Source: Tubulanus polymorphus (Eukaryota > Animalia > Nemertea). Taken from it: 64,000 nucleotides of DNA. Position 1 is the first letter of the stretch. Every line of letters begins with the position of its first letter. A program made the translations under genes and the position numbers. The notes beneath the pieces were generated by a model that saw only the letters and a list, made by a program, of their open reading frames with translations, did not search any database and was not told where the DNA came from. Location of the stretch: positions 15,438,110-15,502,109 of the forward strand of contig NC_134030.1 of the NCBI RefSeq assembly GCF_964204645.1, given 5' to 3'. This document shows, one piece after another, positions 23,281-36,134 of this stretch.

Positions 23281-24332
23281 TGGTTGACGTATATGACGTC
23301 ATGCCAATGCTAGTAAAATGGATCAGAAATAGTAGTACGAAAAAATAGCGCCGACTCTTCTCATTTTCATAGTAACTTCAAACTGTCACTCCGTTCACGT
23401 AAAACATTAGAAACAGCTGAAAATGATTAAAAATGTTTCAATTATTCCCCACAACATAGCGTCGCCAGATTTCTGATTTAATGGTCCAAAAAATTATTCG
23501 ATCGCATTTTTCTCGTTCATTATCTGGTAGATGAGAGCGGGTTAAACAATCGCGTTGCGATATGTCCGCATTGACATTGGAAGTAAAGAATGGGGAACAG
23601 CCTGTTCTGAATAGAAAAAGATAAAATTACGCACTCGGCAGAGATTCGCTTTGTAATGCGCGCCGGGAAAAATACCTTTTATTATCTTTTCCATGCGTTA
23701 AACCACAGCGATTGAATTTACGCGTTGTTTGTCGTAAATTGCAATATTGCGATGGTTATTTGCCACTGCTGTAGTTTTTTGGAATTGAATCGAGCGGCCT
23801 CGGTAGCTCAATGAGATAAGGCGTGATGCTGTTGAATCCACTATCAATGCTGAGTGACAAGTGGGTCCGAGTCCTGCTGGCTGCGAACAGTTTGCGGGCA
23901 ACACTTCAAAGGCCGTACCGTATTGAGGTTAAATGAACAATCCAATAGGAATAGTCTTGGGAAACCAAGATCCAAACGACGTACGTAAAGCCAAACAAAC
24001 AAAAAGACAAACAAACAATCATCAGCCGGCCTCAGTGACACCAACGCCAGCATCGCTCTCTGCGACGTTTTGCATGCGTACATGCGGGTCTTGCAATTTC
24101 ATTCAGAAAAATCGTTCTGTTTTTGTTTTCATTATTCAGTGGGGCCTAACAGTTCATGCGTAAAATTCCTGCCAGTCGGCCATCTTGATTCTGACAGGGC
24201 CAGTTTTTGGGCTGAAGATGTTGTCTAGGGTAGATACATGTATAAACCAAATATCAAGACATTACCTTGAAGCGTCTTCAAAACTTCCCAAAATAACTGG
24301 ATTCCGTCTACGGACGGACGGACGGACGGACG

Positions 24333-24454
24333 AGTAATAGGGGTTTAGTTGTTCTATACCAAAGGTCGAAGGGTCGAAAAATAAATTCTCGCACACTCGA
24401 AATTATTTTTCGACCATTCAACCTTTGTTATAGAACAACTAAACCCCTATTACT
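24333..24454. repeat. 122-bp imperfect palindrome at the probable left end
   Basis: AGTAATAGGGGTTTAGTTGTTCTATA... pairs with ...TATAGAACAACTAAACCCCTATTACT over ~52 bp with few mismatches. Confidence 0.9.
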
Positions 24455-24550
24455 TCTATATAATCACGAGTTTCATAAATTTACAAGCATCAACACGCTG
24501 AGTATTGCGTAATACATGTTGATTCTAGATGGATGGTTCTAGAAAACTAC

Positions 24551-24720
24551 ATTAGCCAATCACAGTTGAGTATTACTCTAGCCAATCACAGTTGAGTATT
24601 CCCTATTACTCTATCCAATCACAGTTGAGTATTCCCTATTACTCTAGCCATCATTAGCCATCATAATTTACAAGCCTCAACACGCAGCTGGGTTTTCCCC
24701 ACTATTGAGTAGTATAAAAA
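24551..24720 (+). promoter_or_regulatory. Tandem CCAAT-containing repeats followed by a TATA box
   Basis: CCAATCACAGTTGAGTATT three times, TATAAAAA at ~24713, disrupted ORF starting at 24811. Confidence 0.55.
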
Positions 24721-25176
24721 CGACGCACACGTGGTAGGCTTATACGTGGCGGCGGGACGCGTTGAGAGTTAAGTGTTATATTCAATTTGAATAAAAAATT
24801 TGATATTAAAATGGAGAGTAAACAAGTACACAGTGAGAACAACAAATCATTCTTAGATCATAAAAGATACTTCAAATGCTAAATCAGTAGATTATAAATT
24901 CAAAAAGTTAACAGAATTAACAATTCATAAGAAATATCTAATTACAAATATTGATACAGTTACTAATAGATATGGAGATAAATTAGTTATCCACTTAGAA
25001 TATGAAGGATTAAAAGGAAATAAATATAAATTCAGAACATATTTACCAGATAGATTGCATAGATTATCAAGTGAAGATTTAGAAGAATTATGTTCTGGTG
25101 ATTTCTATTTCATATATAAGGGTAAGAATGAAAAAGGGCACCATGAAATAGATTTCGAATAAAATATGTAAAATAA

Positions 25177-25934
25177 ATGGTAGAATTAAAAGAATACAGA
25201 ATATTTGTTGATTCAAGAAGACTGACAAATCATAAATCTCATAATTTACTAGTACAATTAGGTAGAGAATTTAAGAATTGTGTAGATTTAAAATTAGTAA
25301 ATACTAGTTTATGTAACTCATTTTACAATATATCGGATAAAAGTATTGAACATAGAGTCTTTTTAATTCATGACAGAAATAAGAATAGATGGTTTCATCA
25401 TTATCTAAAACCAGGATTATATAATTTAGAAACATTAGCTCAAGAAATTAATAAAAGAGCACGCTCAAAAATGGGTGCATCTGCTGGATTTTGATTAAGA
25501 CTTATTAAAAGTGATAGCTCTGATAAAGTAAGAATACAATTAGGAAATGAAGACCAACATCAATTTCTAGTTAAAAAACCTTTAGCTAAAATTTTAGGAA
25601 TAACCCAGATGTAAGGATACGTAATGCTGATGCTACACCAAACTTAATACCCTTTACACATTTTTATATTCATTGCAATTTAATTGAACCTACAAAGACA
25701 TTTGAAGCAACTAAAGATACAATTTGTAGTTCTGGTTTATTGAATATTTTACCATTGAAGAATGTTAAAGAATTTGGAACGCAAATAAATTATAATTTAG
25801 CTGAGTGTGATTTCAAACCATGCATTCCTCAATTTAATAATTTTAGATTAGAAATTAGAAATCACAATGGATATTTAATTGATTTGAATAACTTTCCTGT
25901 AATTCATGAATTAGTTATAAGATGTAAAGAGTAA
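25177..25934 (+). pseudogene. Minor capsid (penton-like) protein, disrupted
   Basis: IFVDSR, SFYNI, PGLYN, FYIHCNLI, IDLNNFPVIHELVI motifs typical of Polinton minor capsid proteins. Confidence 0.7.
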
Positions 25935-26519
25935 TTTTTCACTATATAAATATGAATATAACTGTTGGACCGAGTATATGTTTTGGGTTTGATTTTAAAC
26001 ATGGTAAAGAAATGAGAATTAAACTTAATGATGTAATTACTGATATTAAACGTCAATCATTTAATAATGCATCAATGATTAATAAAGGAAATTATAATAT
26101 AGAAAAAGTAATTGATTTAATCAAAACACCTTTAGAATATTATGAATTAAATGAAGATGGAATTATCGATGATATTAAAAACATATTATCTAAAATATAT
26201 GATAATCATAAAAGTAGTAATAAAAAAATGTTGAAATAATTATCACTAAGATAACTAAATATTTTGAAGAAGGTGATTTTATGATGAGTGGATAATAACT
26301 GGTTTATATAATGGAGCATTACTATCAGTTGGAACTGTTGGTTATTCAATGGTATTTAAAAAAGTATTTAAAATGGGAAGTGTTAATGTTGATAGATTTG
26401 ATATAAATGATATTTTAAAATTAACATTAGCAGTAACCCTATCTAATTTAACTATTGATTATTTGGAAAAACTAAGATATATTCCTCCCATATAAATGCG
26501 TAATTTTTTTGCTAAATAA

Positions 26520-27395
26520 ATGGCATCTGCAATTATAACTATTATAGGGTCAGCAATTGTTAACGCTTTAGCATTTACTGGTGGTGGATATTTATTTAAA
26601 CATATTGATTCCTAAATAGTTCATTAGGAGAACAAAGAAGACATAACTTAGCATTAGAGAAATACAATAAAGAAGCAGAAGAAAATAAAGAAAAGAGGCA
26701 AAACTATATGGATTACATCAATAAAGAATTATATAATCAGAAAATTATACATAGAGATTTTCAATCAGTCAATGATGCAATGAGTTTATATAACGCAGTA
26801 ACAAATAAAGAAAAATTACATCTATACAAACCTAAATTATCAGATTATTATACCCCAAGTAGTGAACAACAAAAATATGAAATAATTTGGATTTTAGGTG
26901 GATTAGTTATTGTTATATTTGTTGTATATAAATTTACTAATTAGTAATTTCTTTTCTAAATAAATGGATGATAAAGTTGATAATATTTATATTATTCCTC
27001 ATGATATAAATAAAACTAAATTGAAATTATATTTGGAAAAACAAATGTTAGAATTTGAAAATGAATATAAGATAAAAAAGAAAAAATATTTAAAATCTAA
27101 AATTATATATTATTTTATTATTAGTGGTTCAGTTACAATAAGTTCTGTTATAACATTTCTAGCAATATTCTCACCATTAACACCTTTAGCAATATTAATT
27201 GGTGTGTTAGGATTAAGTTCAAGTGTTAACCGGAATGAGTTCAAAATTAAATATAAAAAGTAATAACGAAAAAATAAAATCTAATATAAAAGAAATTAAT
27301 AAATTGGAAAATACATTAGATTATATAATGAGTTTAAATGGTAATATAACAGTTGAAGAACAGGATAAATTATTAAAAGAATAAATGCATTATTA
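26520..27395 (+). pseudogene. Two small membrane proteins of the element
   Basis: MASAIITIIGSAIVNALAFTGGGYLF... and MDDKVD... with hydrophobic segments; homologs in the 21190-22070 relic. Confidence 0.6.
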
Positions 27396-27412
27396 ATTTT
27401 TTTATTATATAA

Positions 27413-28793
27413 ATGGCAGAAAGCTTTCCAAAAGCTTTTCAATATGATAAATCAATTAAATATAATATTCCAGCAATAGATTTTAATAAAGATATTTCAT
27501 ATAGAAATGAAGTTTTGAATTCATTAATTAATTTAGATATTTATGTTACTGAAACTTATAATTTCAATGCAAAAATGGAAAATATATTTCATGTATATTT
27601 AATTAATTTAAAAAAATTGAAAGATGAAAAACAATGGTTTTTAAAATCTAATATGAAATATTGGCAGAACCAATTTTGCAGTTTATTGTGCTACAACAGG
27701 ATGTGGAATAAGTTGGAATGACCATTTGAATAATTCTAAATATAAATTAATTCAAAGTTTATTTAGATTCCATACATACTTTCAGATAAGATTAATATTA
27801 AATGAAATAGAGACCCCTTTACCAGGATCTAGATATTTTAAAGAATTAGATAATGATATTAATTTGTCAAAGTTTTATAAAATTTGTAATGAATTTAATA
27901 TAGATATAAATAATTCTGATTTTAGAACAAACTTGGAACAATAAAGATCACTTCCTTGCCCTAAAAAGATTGCAGAATATTGTACACTTCCCATACCATC
28001 CAATACTTTTTATAATATCTATAATAATAAATTAGGTTATGGTAAAAAAGAAACTAAGGATTTAGAAACATTAAATTTCAATAAATTACCGACATTTTAT
28101 GATCATTTAAAACAAGAAAACAATAATGGTTGGGTTTATTTTATTTTAGATAATAGTGAAGGATTTACGAAAGCTGGTATACAAAGAATAAATCAATCAA
28201 TTAGAACTTATTTAATGTGTATTCTAGGTGCACAAGTTGAAACAAGATCCCCAATAATTGGAAATTTAAATACATCATTTGATACACAAAAACAATTCAA
28301 AGTTTTATTTGAAGATTCCATTCATAATGATAAAAATAGATCGATTCCAGAAAATATGGTTAGGTAACAAAATTATTTAGATAAATCTCATGTAAGATTA
28401 AATTATTGTATAGGGCCCAATTTATTAATTATTCTGATGATTTAATATTAAAGATGGGAAATATAATTGGTTATAATAATTTGATTAAAACTGCAACAAT
28501 AAATAATAAGTTTGGATTGAATGATATAAATAAAAAGATTATCACTGCTCCAAAATTAATGGAAGGTGACAAAATTAAAAAACATATTCAATCAACTGAA
28601 ACTAAAACTAAGAATATCAAATTAAATAATAATTCTAAAATAAAAGATTACAATACGTCAGAAAATATAAAAACTGATATTATTCAACATGAAATAATTA
28701 AAACTAATAATGATAACAAATCACATTAAAATACGAAATTAGCTATAACTTGTATAGGAATTGTAATAGGAGGAATATTATATTTTAAATTTT
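27413..28793 (+). pseudogene. Conserved hypothetical Polinton-like protein, frameshifted
   Basis: WQ...CATTGCG, FRFHTYFQIRLIL, GFTKAGIQRINQSIR segments, also present in the relic copy. Confidence 0.6.
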
Positions 28794-28810
28794 AATTTTC
28801 TATTATATAA

Positions 28811-31023
28811 ATGGATGAAGAAATTCCATTGTATGACATGGATCCTTTAGATGAACCTGGTATAAGTGATGAACCACAACCTGAATTTAATGAAACTAAT
28901 ATTGATAATGATGATGGATCAGCATTTAATACTAATTTAGGTGATGATGATTCTAGTGGGCCTATATTGTATGATTATGATGAATTTAAAGATGATACTG
29001 AAACAGATGAAATATTAAAAAATTATTTAGAATCCCACTATGAGATAATAATTAAAACTAGACCAGAAAGAACAGATCTAATTAATAGATTAGAAAGAAC
29101 AGAAAACCCTGAATTGAAAAAAGAATTATTATACATAAAACATAGTGTAACAAATATAGTTATTGAAGAATTATTACCAAAAAAATATAACAGATAACAT
29201 TGAACCAGAAGATATTTCAGAACAAATTAGAGAAGATGGTCCACATTTCATGAATAATTTAGAATTTAAAAATGATTCATCGTATTATAATGTTGAACTA
29301 AATAACAAAACTGTATCAATTCAATTATCTAAAATGGGACCAGAAGATCTGTACCATCCTGAAATGCGAGCAAGATCTTCAATTGAACATTCAAAAGGTG
29401 GTAAAGAATTTCTCAAAATTATATGGAATGCAATCGATAGAATAAATGAAGAAGAACCAGATCCGAATATTGATATTAACAAATATTCACCATTTAAAAA
29501 TCCAAATTTAAATCCTACTTATGTTGATCCAGAAATGGAAGAGTATGGAGATCGATTAGATAAATTAAGATCTTCAACACCAGAACCATCGAGAAGAGAT
29601 ATCCAACAAATTGATAATGATTCAAGTCAATTACAATTAGTAAAACATTTTGATAGCCTATTAGATACAGTTCTTTCATTTGAAGAAGAGATGAATAGTA
29701 TTTTAGATACACCTGGTACTGAACCTGGAACAAATCAAATAGAACATTTATTAAAAAAGGATTACTTGATTTAAATGAGGAACAATTAAAAATATCTCCT
29801 GAACAAGCACGTAGAGAAATTAAAGGTATGCAAGAATCAGCTGGTGAAATTGCTTATATTAAGATGATATTTTCTAAAATAACCATGTTAGAAAAATAAT
29901 TAACTGATACCAATGAAGAATTAAAACAATTAGAATTAAATAAAGATCTTCAAGTAATTGATGAAGCTGAATATGAATGCAGAAAGTTAGCTTTAGAAAA
30001 AGAAATTGATGATTTAAAATATAACAAAGAATTACAGGAAAAAGAAATAGATATATTATTGAAATCATATGATCTTAATCATATTAAAAAATTAAAAGTT
30101 ATTTTTAAAGATTTAATAATAAAACCAGATTCTAATATATCATTGAAAGATAATGTTATACCTTCTACATCGAATGATGATAGGATTGAACTTGATATCA
30201 AAACCAAAAAGACAAATGAAAAATATTGTGACGTATGTAAGAAATATATATCATATAAAAATAGGGCAACTCATAAGAAATAAAAGAAACATGTAGAAAA
30301 AGAAAAGAATAATAATATCATAGATTATGTTAATACAATTGAAACTAATGATACCATAGATAATATAACGGATAATGTCGATACAATTGAAACTAATGAT
30401 AATGAAACAATTGATGATTCTAAAAAACATTGTAATATTTGTGATTTAGATATTTCTAAAAGTAATTTTTCAAAGCATAAAAAATCTCAGGGACATATAG
30501 AAAATGAAAGGGAGCTAGAAGAACATGAAAAGAAATTAGAAGAAATAGAAAGAAATAAAATGTGTCAATATTGTAATAAGAAAATTGAACCTGTTGATGA
30601 AAATACTCATTATAAATCAAAATTACATCTAATTAATGTTTATAAAAATGAAAGTATGATACCATTGTTAAATAACCCAAAGAAATATATCAAATATTTT
30701 GATCCTTAAACTAAACAATATTATATATTCTATAAGTTTTTATTTGATAAATTATTAGCTTATGCAGAAGATAATCCTAAACAAATATATAATTATTATA
30801 TTCGAGAAAAATAGATTTACGTTATGTAACAAAAAATTTTGGATATCATTTTGATTTCTATTTTGATGATTACTTTGAAAAATTAAGAAAAGAAGGAAAG
30901 ATACATACTAATTATTATTATCTGATGGCTCAACTAAAATTAATAAATCTACCTAAGTATTACTATGAATTAGATATAAACCAAGATGATTCTATAAATT
31001 TATTAGAAACAAAATTAGAATAA
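28811..31023 (+). pseudogene. Large acidic protein with C-terminal C2H2 (U1/matrin-like) zinc fingers, disrupted
   Basis: ORF pieces 28811, 29163, 30059; YCDVCKK...HKK, HCNICD...KHKKSQGH, CQYCNK...HYKSKLH. Confidence 0.55.
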
Positions 31024-31029
31024 TTATTA

Positions 31030-31520
31030 TAAAACTAATTTATATATCTATGTACAAGACGTACGTAAGAATCCAAGAAAGTAAGAATTCTTACGTTCTT
31101 ACTCATACGTCTAGTACATATATATATGAATTATTTTTTTATAAAAATATAAATTATGAATTGAAGTATAGAAATAGTTATAACACAATCTATTTTTATT
31201 TTTATTGAGTGAAAACATATAATTTATTCATTTTTATATATTTCATTTAATAATTTATATTTGTAATTATTTTAAATATATATTATATATATAGTTGTAC
31301 CCCTGTGTAAACATAAATTATAAACATAGTTTTAATATATAATTTATTCATTATTATATATTTCATTTAATAATTTTTATAAAAACTAATTTATATATCT
31401 AGATACTAGACGTATGAGTAAGAATCCAAGAATTCTTACTTTCTTACTTTCTTAGCAAGAATCTTGGATTCTCACTCATACGTCTAGTACTTAGATATAT
31501 AAATAGTTATTTTATAGATT
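31030..31520. terminator. Two large related hairpins between convergent gene blocks
   Basis: Inverted repeats at ~31030-31148 and ~31375-31520 (TACTAGACGTATGAG...CTCATACGTCTAGTA), separated by an AT-rich direct repeat. The terminator role is inferred. Confidence 0.55.
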
Positions 31521-32066
31521 TATATTCATAAGGAAATTGAAGCCTCAGTAATAATTTTGAGCCTTTATTATTCTTTAATTTATTCATATATTCATCATGT
31601 AATTCAGTAGGTATAATTTGATTCTCTCCCAATGATTGTTGCATAGATTTTCTATCTTTATTATTGAATAAATTTTATATTCTCCCTAAAATCTTTAACA
31701 ATTGAATTATATTTTTGATTTAAAACCCATGTTGTTATTCCAAAATGTCTTCCAGAGAAAGCTGAATAGCATAGTTCACTTTCTCTAACTTTTGAATCAA
31801 GTAAATTAGCACAATCATCTATAATGAATAAAGTATTTGTTCCTTTATAAATATCAATTGCTATTTTTATACAATTATCTAAATTTTCTTTCACTGTTAT
31901 AGGATCTAATATAATAAACTTTTTTATCTTAAAATAAAACATATAATAGAGATATAGTTAAGTGGGGCAGAATAATATTATATTATCAAAATGATTCTTA
32001 TAAATAGTTTCTAACAAATCTAATACAAAATGTGTTTTAACACAATTTGTTACTCCAGTAATAAAT
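31521..32066 (-). pseudogene. A32/FtsK-like DNA packaging ATPase, disrupted
   Basis: Degenerate Walker A ITGVTNCVKT, Walker B LFIIDD, GRHFGITTWVLNQKY. Confidence 0.85.
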
Positions 32067-32068
32067 CT

Positions 32069-33156
32069 TTATTCATTTATTCTTTTAATTTTACTAGATA
32101 AAATCCATTCATTAAATATATCATCATACCCTTTATATTTCACCGAAGAATACTTTTTTCCTTTTAAGAGTTTTTGTTTTCAATACTTTTTCTATTTTAT
32201 ATTCTATATCATCTGGATTTGGCACGAGTGATAATTCTTGTTCATAGAAATAACCTAATATTTTTCATCTTTTAAATCTTCTAATTTATAAACAAAAGGT
32301 TTAGTTATTATTATCTTTTTTATCTTGAATATTTCTTCCGTAAAATTTGGAGTATAACCTTTATAAAATGTTTTTCGATATTTAGATATTCTTACATGTT
32401 GTCCTATTTTAAATTTAGGTCCTCCAAAATCATGTGTAACAAATGCTCCATATAAATTATTCCAAACTATTTCTGAATTATCTTCTTTTCTAGCTTATAT
32501 CGGTTTCATATTTATAGAACTTTGCTTAGAATTATTATAACCTTTCACTAAATCATCTAATGCATCGATATATTTATATGTTTCATTAGCACTAAAATAT
32601 TTCCACATTCTAGTTTTCAATGTTTTATTAAATCTTTCTATCATAGATGCTTTTTTATCTGAATGTGTTGAAAAATAATCTACATCGTTATCAGATAATA
32701 ATTTTTTGAAATGTTTATTATAAAATTCCTTACCTTCATCAAATTGTATCTTACCTGGAATAGCTTCTCTAAATATTAATTTGAACGCATTTGTTACTTC
32801 TATACCAGTTTTATTTTTGATTGGAATTGACCATGCGTATCTGCTGAATATATCTATAACATTTAATATCCAGAAATATCCTTTGTTGTATTCTTCTAAG
32901 TTCTTCATGTCAATTAAATCAGCTTGCCATTGCTGATCAATATATGAAACCATAACTTTTCTTGTTAAATAATTCTTATCAATTTTCTTATGGATCTGAT
33001 ATGTTGGTTGGTTTTGTAACCATAATCTTAGTTCACTATATTTTATATTTTCTTTATCAGATTTAATTTTATCCCATAATTCTGAAACACTAGAAAATAT
33101 GATACTTCACTCTCTGGGTTATAATATAACTCTCTTAAATATTGTTCTTTTTTCAT
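32069..33156 (-). pseudogene. Polinton-type rve integrase with a C-terminal chromodomain-like tail
   Basis: QWQADLID, VIDIFSRYAW, FDEGKEF, IERFNKTLK; downstream KFKIGQHVRISK, FYEQELS, VKYKGYDDIFNEWI. Confidence 0.9.
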
Positions 33157-33162
33157 CTTATT

Positions 33163-33519
33163 TCAATCCATTAATAATAATCTTGGTTTAATTTCAATGA
33201 CTTTATCATTTGATTTATTTTCTGGTATAATAGGTTTATCATCTTTATCATCAGATTTATACTTATATTTATATATGACACCAGAGAATATAATAACTGT
33301 TACTAATCCAATTGTAATATAAAATTTATTATTACTTCCAGCATAAGAAGCATCAGATGGATTATCATTCGAATCAATATCAGATAATTTCTGTGATTCA
33401 TTTATAACATTTGATTTTTTTTTCTTAGCTTTTTTTAATTCTGAAGATCTTTTACCCAATTCCCTAGCCCATTTAATTTGTTTTTCAGATCTAGGCTTCT
33501 TCTTAACATCATCACTCAT
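33163..33519 (-). CDS. Hypothetical protein with one transmembrane helix
   Basis: 118-aa ORF, basic N-terminus (RSEKQIKW), single hydrophobic segment, TAAATG start. Confidence 0.65.
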   Translation of the reverse strand: MSDDVKKKPRSEKQIKWARELGKRSSELKKAKKKKSNVINESQKLSDIDSNDNPSDASYAGSNNKFYITIGLVTVIIFSGVIYKYKYKSDDKDDKPIIPENKSNDKVIEIKPRLLLMD

Positions 33520-34084
33520 TTATTTTTCTTAATTTTTGTTCTGATTCAATATCTTCTGATTTATATTTATCTTTATATTCTATAGGTTTGATATTAGAAA
33601 ATGTTATAACTCCAGTAGAAATCAATGTCATTATTCCTCCTAATTGGAATGAAGCGTATCCAACCCATTTTTGAAGTTCCGTCATAACTAAATAATCATT
33701 TTTCAAATCACTATATAATTTATTTTCATCATCAATTGGTATTACTCGGTTACATAATTTAGAGTAACATTTTACTATTCCATCACTTAAAGAGTCGTTT
33801 ATTCTAGCTAATCTAGCTCCTTCATATATTTTGAAATGTTTGATTACTTTATCTGGTTTCATGGCATCTAATTCTTGAAAAGTTATAATTCTATTTAAGA
33901 ATTCCTTAGATTTGCTGCTAGCAATCAATAGTTCTAGATGATGCTTACACGTCAAATAGTATTCATAATCAATATTATCATTTTGAATACAATTAGAAAC
34001 AACTGTATCATTATTGTCAGTAATACCTAAATCCTCAATTGTCTTTTCGATATCGGTATTATTTTTACTCGATTTCTTAGACAT
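33512..34084 (-). CDS. Hypothetical protein
   Basis: Intact 190-aa ORF with a TAAATG start, overlapping the next gene. Confidence 0.65.
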   Translation of the reverse strand: MSKKSSKNNTDIEKTIEDLGITDNNDTVVSNCIQNDNIDYEYYLTCKHHLELLIASSKSKEFLNRIITFQELDAMKPDKVIKHFKIYEGARLARINDSLSDGIVKCYSKLCNRVIPIDDENKLYSDLKNDYLVMTELQKWVGYASFQLGGIMTLISTGVITFSNIKPIEYKDKYKSEDIESEQKLRKINE

Positions 34085-34336
34085 TTATATTAGAGAAAAA
34101 AGGAAAAAAATATTATAAGTATTCTTCAAATGATATTGATAACTCTTTGGGTTAATACTAGTTTAGTTAAGTTAAAGAATTCTAGTATTAGTTGTTTTTT
34201 TAGTATTTTTTATTTGTGATATAAAGTATTCCCTTTTTGAAAAGAAATAATAGATTTTTGAAAAAAATAAAAAAGAAATAATGGCTAGTTAAAGGTATGT
34301 AATTTTTATTATATTTTATTTGAGAAATATTAATCT

Positions 34337-35086
34337 TTAACCACTCAATAAAGATCCAACATATTGTTCATTATTTGGATCATTGTTCCATAATTCAATT
34401 AATTTCTTTGCCTTTGTAAACTGTTCTAAATATAACTGTAAATCTAGTTTGTCATGTTTAATCATATTTTCTTTCTTTTCAAGAGGTCTTAATTTCTTCC
34501 AATTCCAAATTAACTTTTTATCATATTCATCATTCATGTCAAATTTAGAAATAGGCAACACATGATCAATATGAAAATAATTGCCATAATTATTCATATT
34601 CATTTTATCATCGAATTGAAATATTATCCATGATTTGAGAAATTCATCCGAACAATCTAGTAAATTAGATAGCGTTTCCGAGTGACTATCTTTGCTAAAT
34701 GATTTTGATATTTTAGATCTTAAACATTTTTTCAATTTGTAATTAAAATCTGTTTGATATCTTTCTTTCTTATAATTATTTTGATACGCTTTATAATATT
34801 CTCTATTATTATCCCTCCATTCTCTCGTATATTCTGTTATATAATCTGGGTTATTTTCTCTCCATTGTTTATTACAAGCGTTCCACTTTTCACTATTATC
34901 TATATAATAATCTGGATTATTTTTATGAAAATTTTTACAATTTTGTTTATTACAATTTTTGCAATAATAACCTTCACCATCTTTAGTCTTTTTATCATTA
35001 TAATATTCTGATAATGATTTATCTGATTCACATTTTGAATATTTCTTATGGTGAATATTGATAGTTTGTGTCTGTTTACTTTCCAT
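34337..35086 (-). CDS. HNH-like endonuclease of the type common in large DNA viruses
   Basis: N-terminal CKNC, helical repeats, then MNMNNYGNYFHIDHVLPISKFD...LRPL...EN..K. Confidence 0.75.
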   Translation of the reverse strand: MESKQTQTINIHHKKYSKCESDKSLSEYYNDKKTKDGEGYYCKNCNKQNCKNFHKNNPDYYIDNSEKWNACNKQWRENNPDYITEYTREWRDNNREYYKAYQNNYKKERYQTDFNYKLKKCLRSKISKSFSKDSHSETLSNLLDCSDEFLKSWIIFQFDDKMNMNNYGNYFHIDHVLPISKFDMNDEYDKKLIWNWKKLRPLEKKENMIKHDKLDLQLYLEQFTKAKKLIELWNNDPNNEQYVGSLLSG

Positions 35087-35114
35087 TTATAATATAGATT
35101 TTAATCAAAATTGA

Positions 35115-36134
35115 TTAACATGCAAGAATTCTTTTCATAATCTCATTCTCTTTTGTTTCTTCTCTTTTAAGTTTTAGATATTCTTCTAAATTGTCACCAT
35201 AAGCAACTGTATGAATTCCATTATCTAAAATATATCTTTTATCATCAAATGGGTTCAAACTAACCTTTTCAATTTCTTCAATAAACATTTCGTGGTATTC
35301 AGATCTTAAACATTTCATCTTGTGTTTTCTAACTTCTTCATTGAATATACAATTGATGTAATCTTTGAAATGAAAATTCTTTTCAACAACGCTTTTGGTA
35401 ATTCCTTTTAACTTTTTAGCTTCATGAGTTTTAGTTCTATAGCGATACATTTTAGATCGAATACCTATAAATTCTATCATTTCTTCACCTCCTAATTCAT
35501 CTTTGAATTTACCGGGCACCTTTTTATCATCATTGTTAAACAATTCATGATTTTTAGGATAATTACTAAAGTAGAAATGATGTTTTAATGTTTTTAAATC
35601 ATCTGTTATGTTATTATTAGTTTTTATCTTTAATATGTAACGGTATATGTGTCGGTATCAAAATATAAGATTTCTATATGCTTTTCTCCAAAATGAGGTT
35701 GTAATACGTTATAATAGAATTCATACATTAATAATTTTGATATTTCTAAAACTAAAGCACCAACATAAATTGGTTTATTAAATATCATAGAAGTTCTTCT
35801 CATTTTAACTGCAGCTAAATTTTTATCTAATATTCTGTTACCAATAAATTTAGGATATGTTTGTAAATGTCTAATTCTTTTACCATTACTAACTAACTCA
35901 ATATCATTTCTATTTCTTATATTTTCACAAGTCTTAGCATAGAATGCATTATTCATTAGTTTGAAGAAATCATTCTCAAAATCAGTTTTAGCTTTAGTTC
36001 TCTGTTTGGTGTTAAAATCTATATATTTTTCCAACCATTTAGATTGACTGAATGAAATATATGTATGTACTTTTTTAGAACCATTCCTTGATTCAAATCA
36101 ACATTCTATAATGCACTACATAATTATATTAATC
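35115..36134 (-). pseudogene. Protein-primed family B DNA polymerase, C-terminal half
   Basis: NYVVHYRML, FKLMNNAFYAK (motif B), YFDTD (motif C), PGKFKDE, KKLKGI, DDKRYI; frameshifted and cut at ~36134. Confidence 0.92.

Larger units (their letters stand above)
24333..36134. mobile_element. AT-rich Polinton/Maverick (adintovirus-like) element, right part lost
   Basis: Compact genes without apparent introns: penton-like, membrane proteins, A32-like ATPase, rve integrase, pPolB C-terminal half; sharp rise in AT content. The left boundary is tentative. Confidence 0.9.

Noticed and set aside
36111-36134. MHYIIILI start of the 669-aa ORF
   Set aside because: It is the antisense of the Polinton pPolB remnant, not a real N-terminus.
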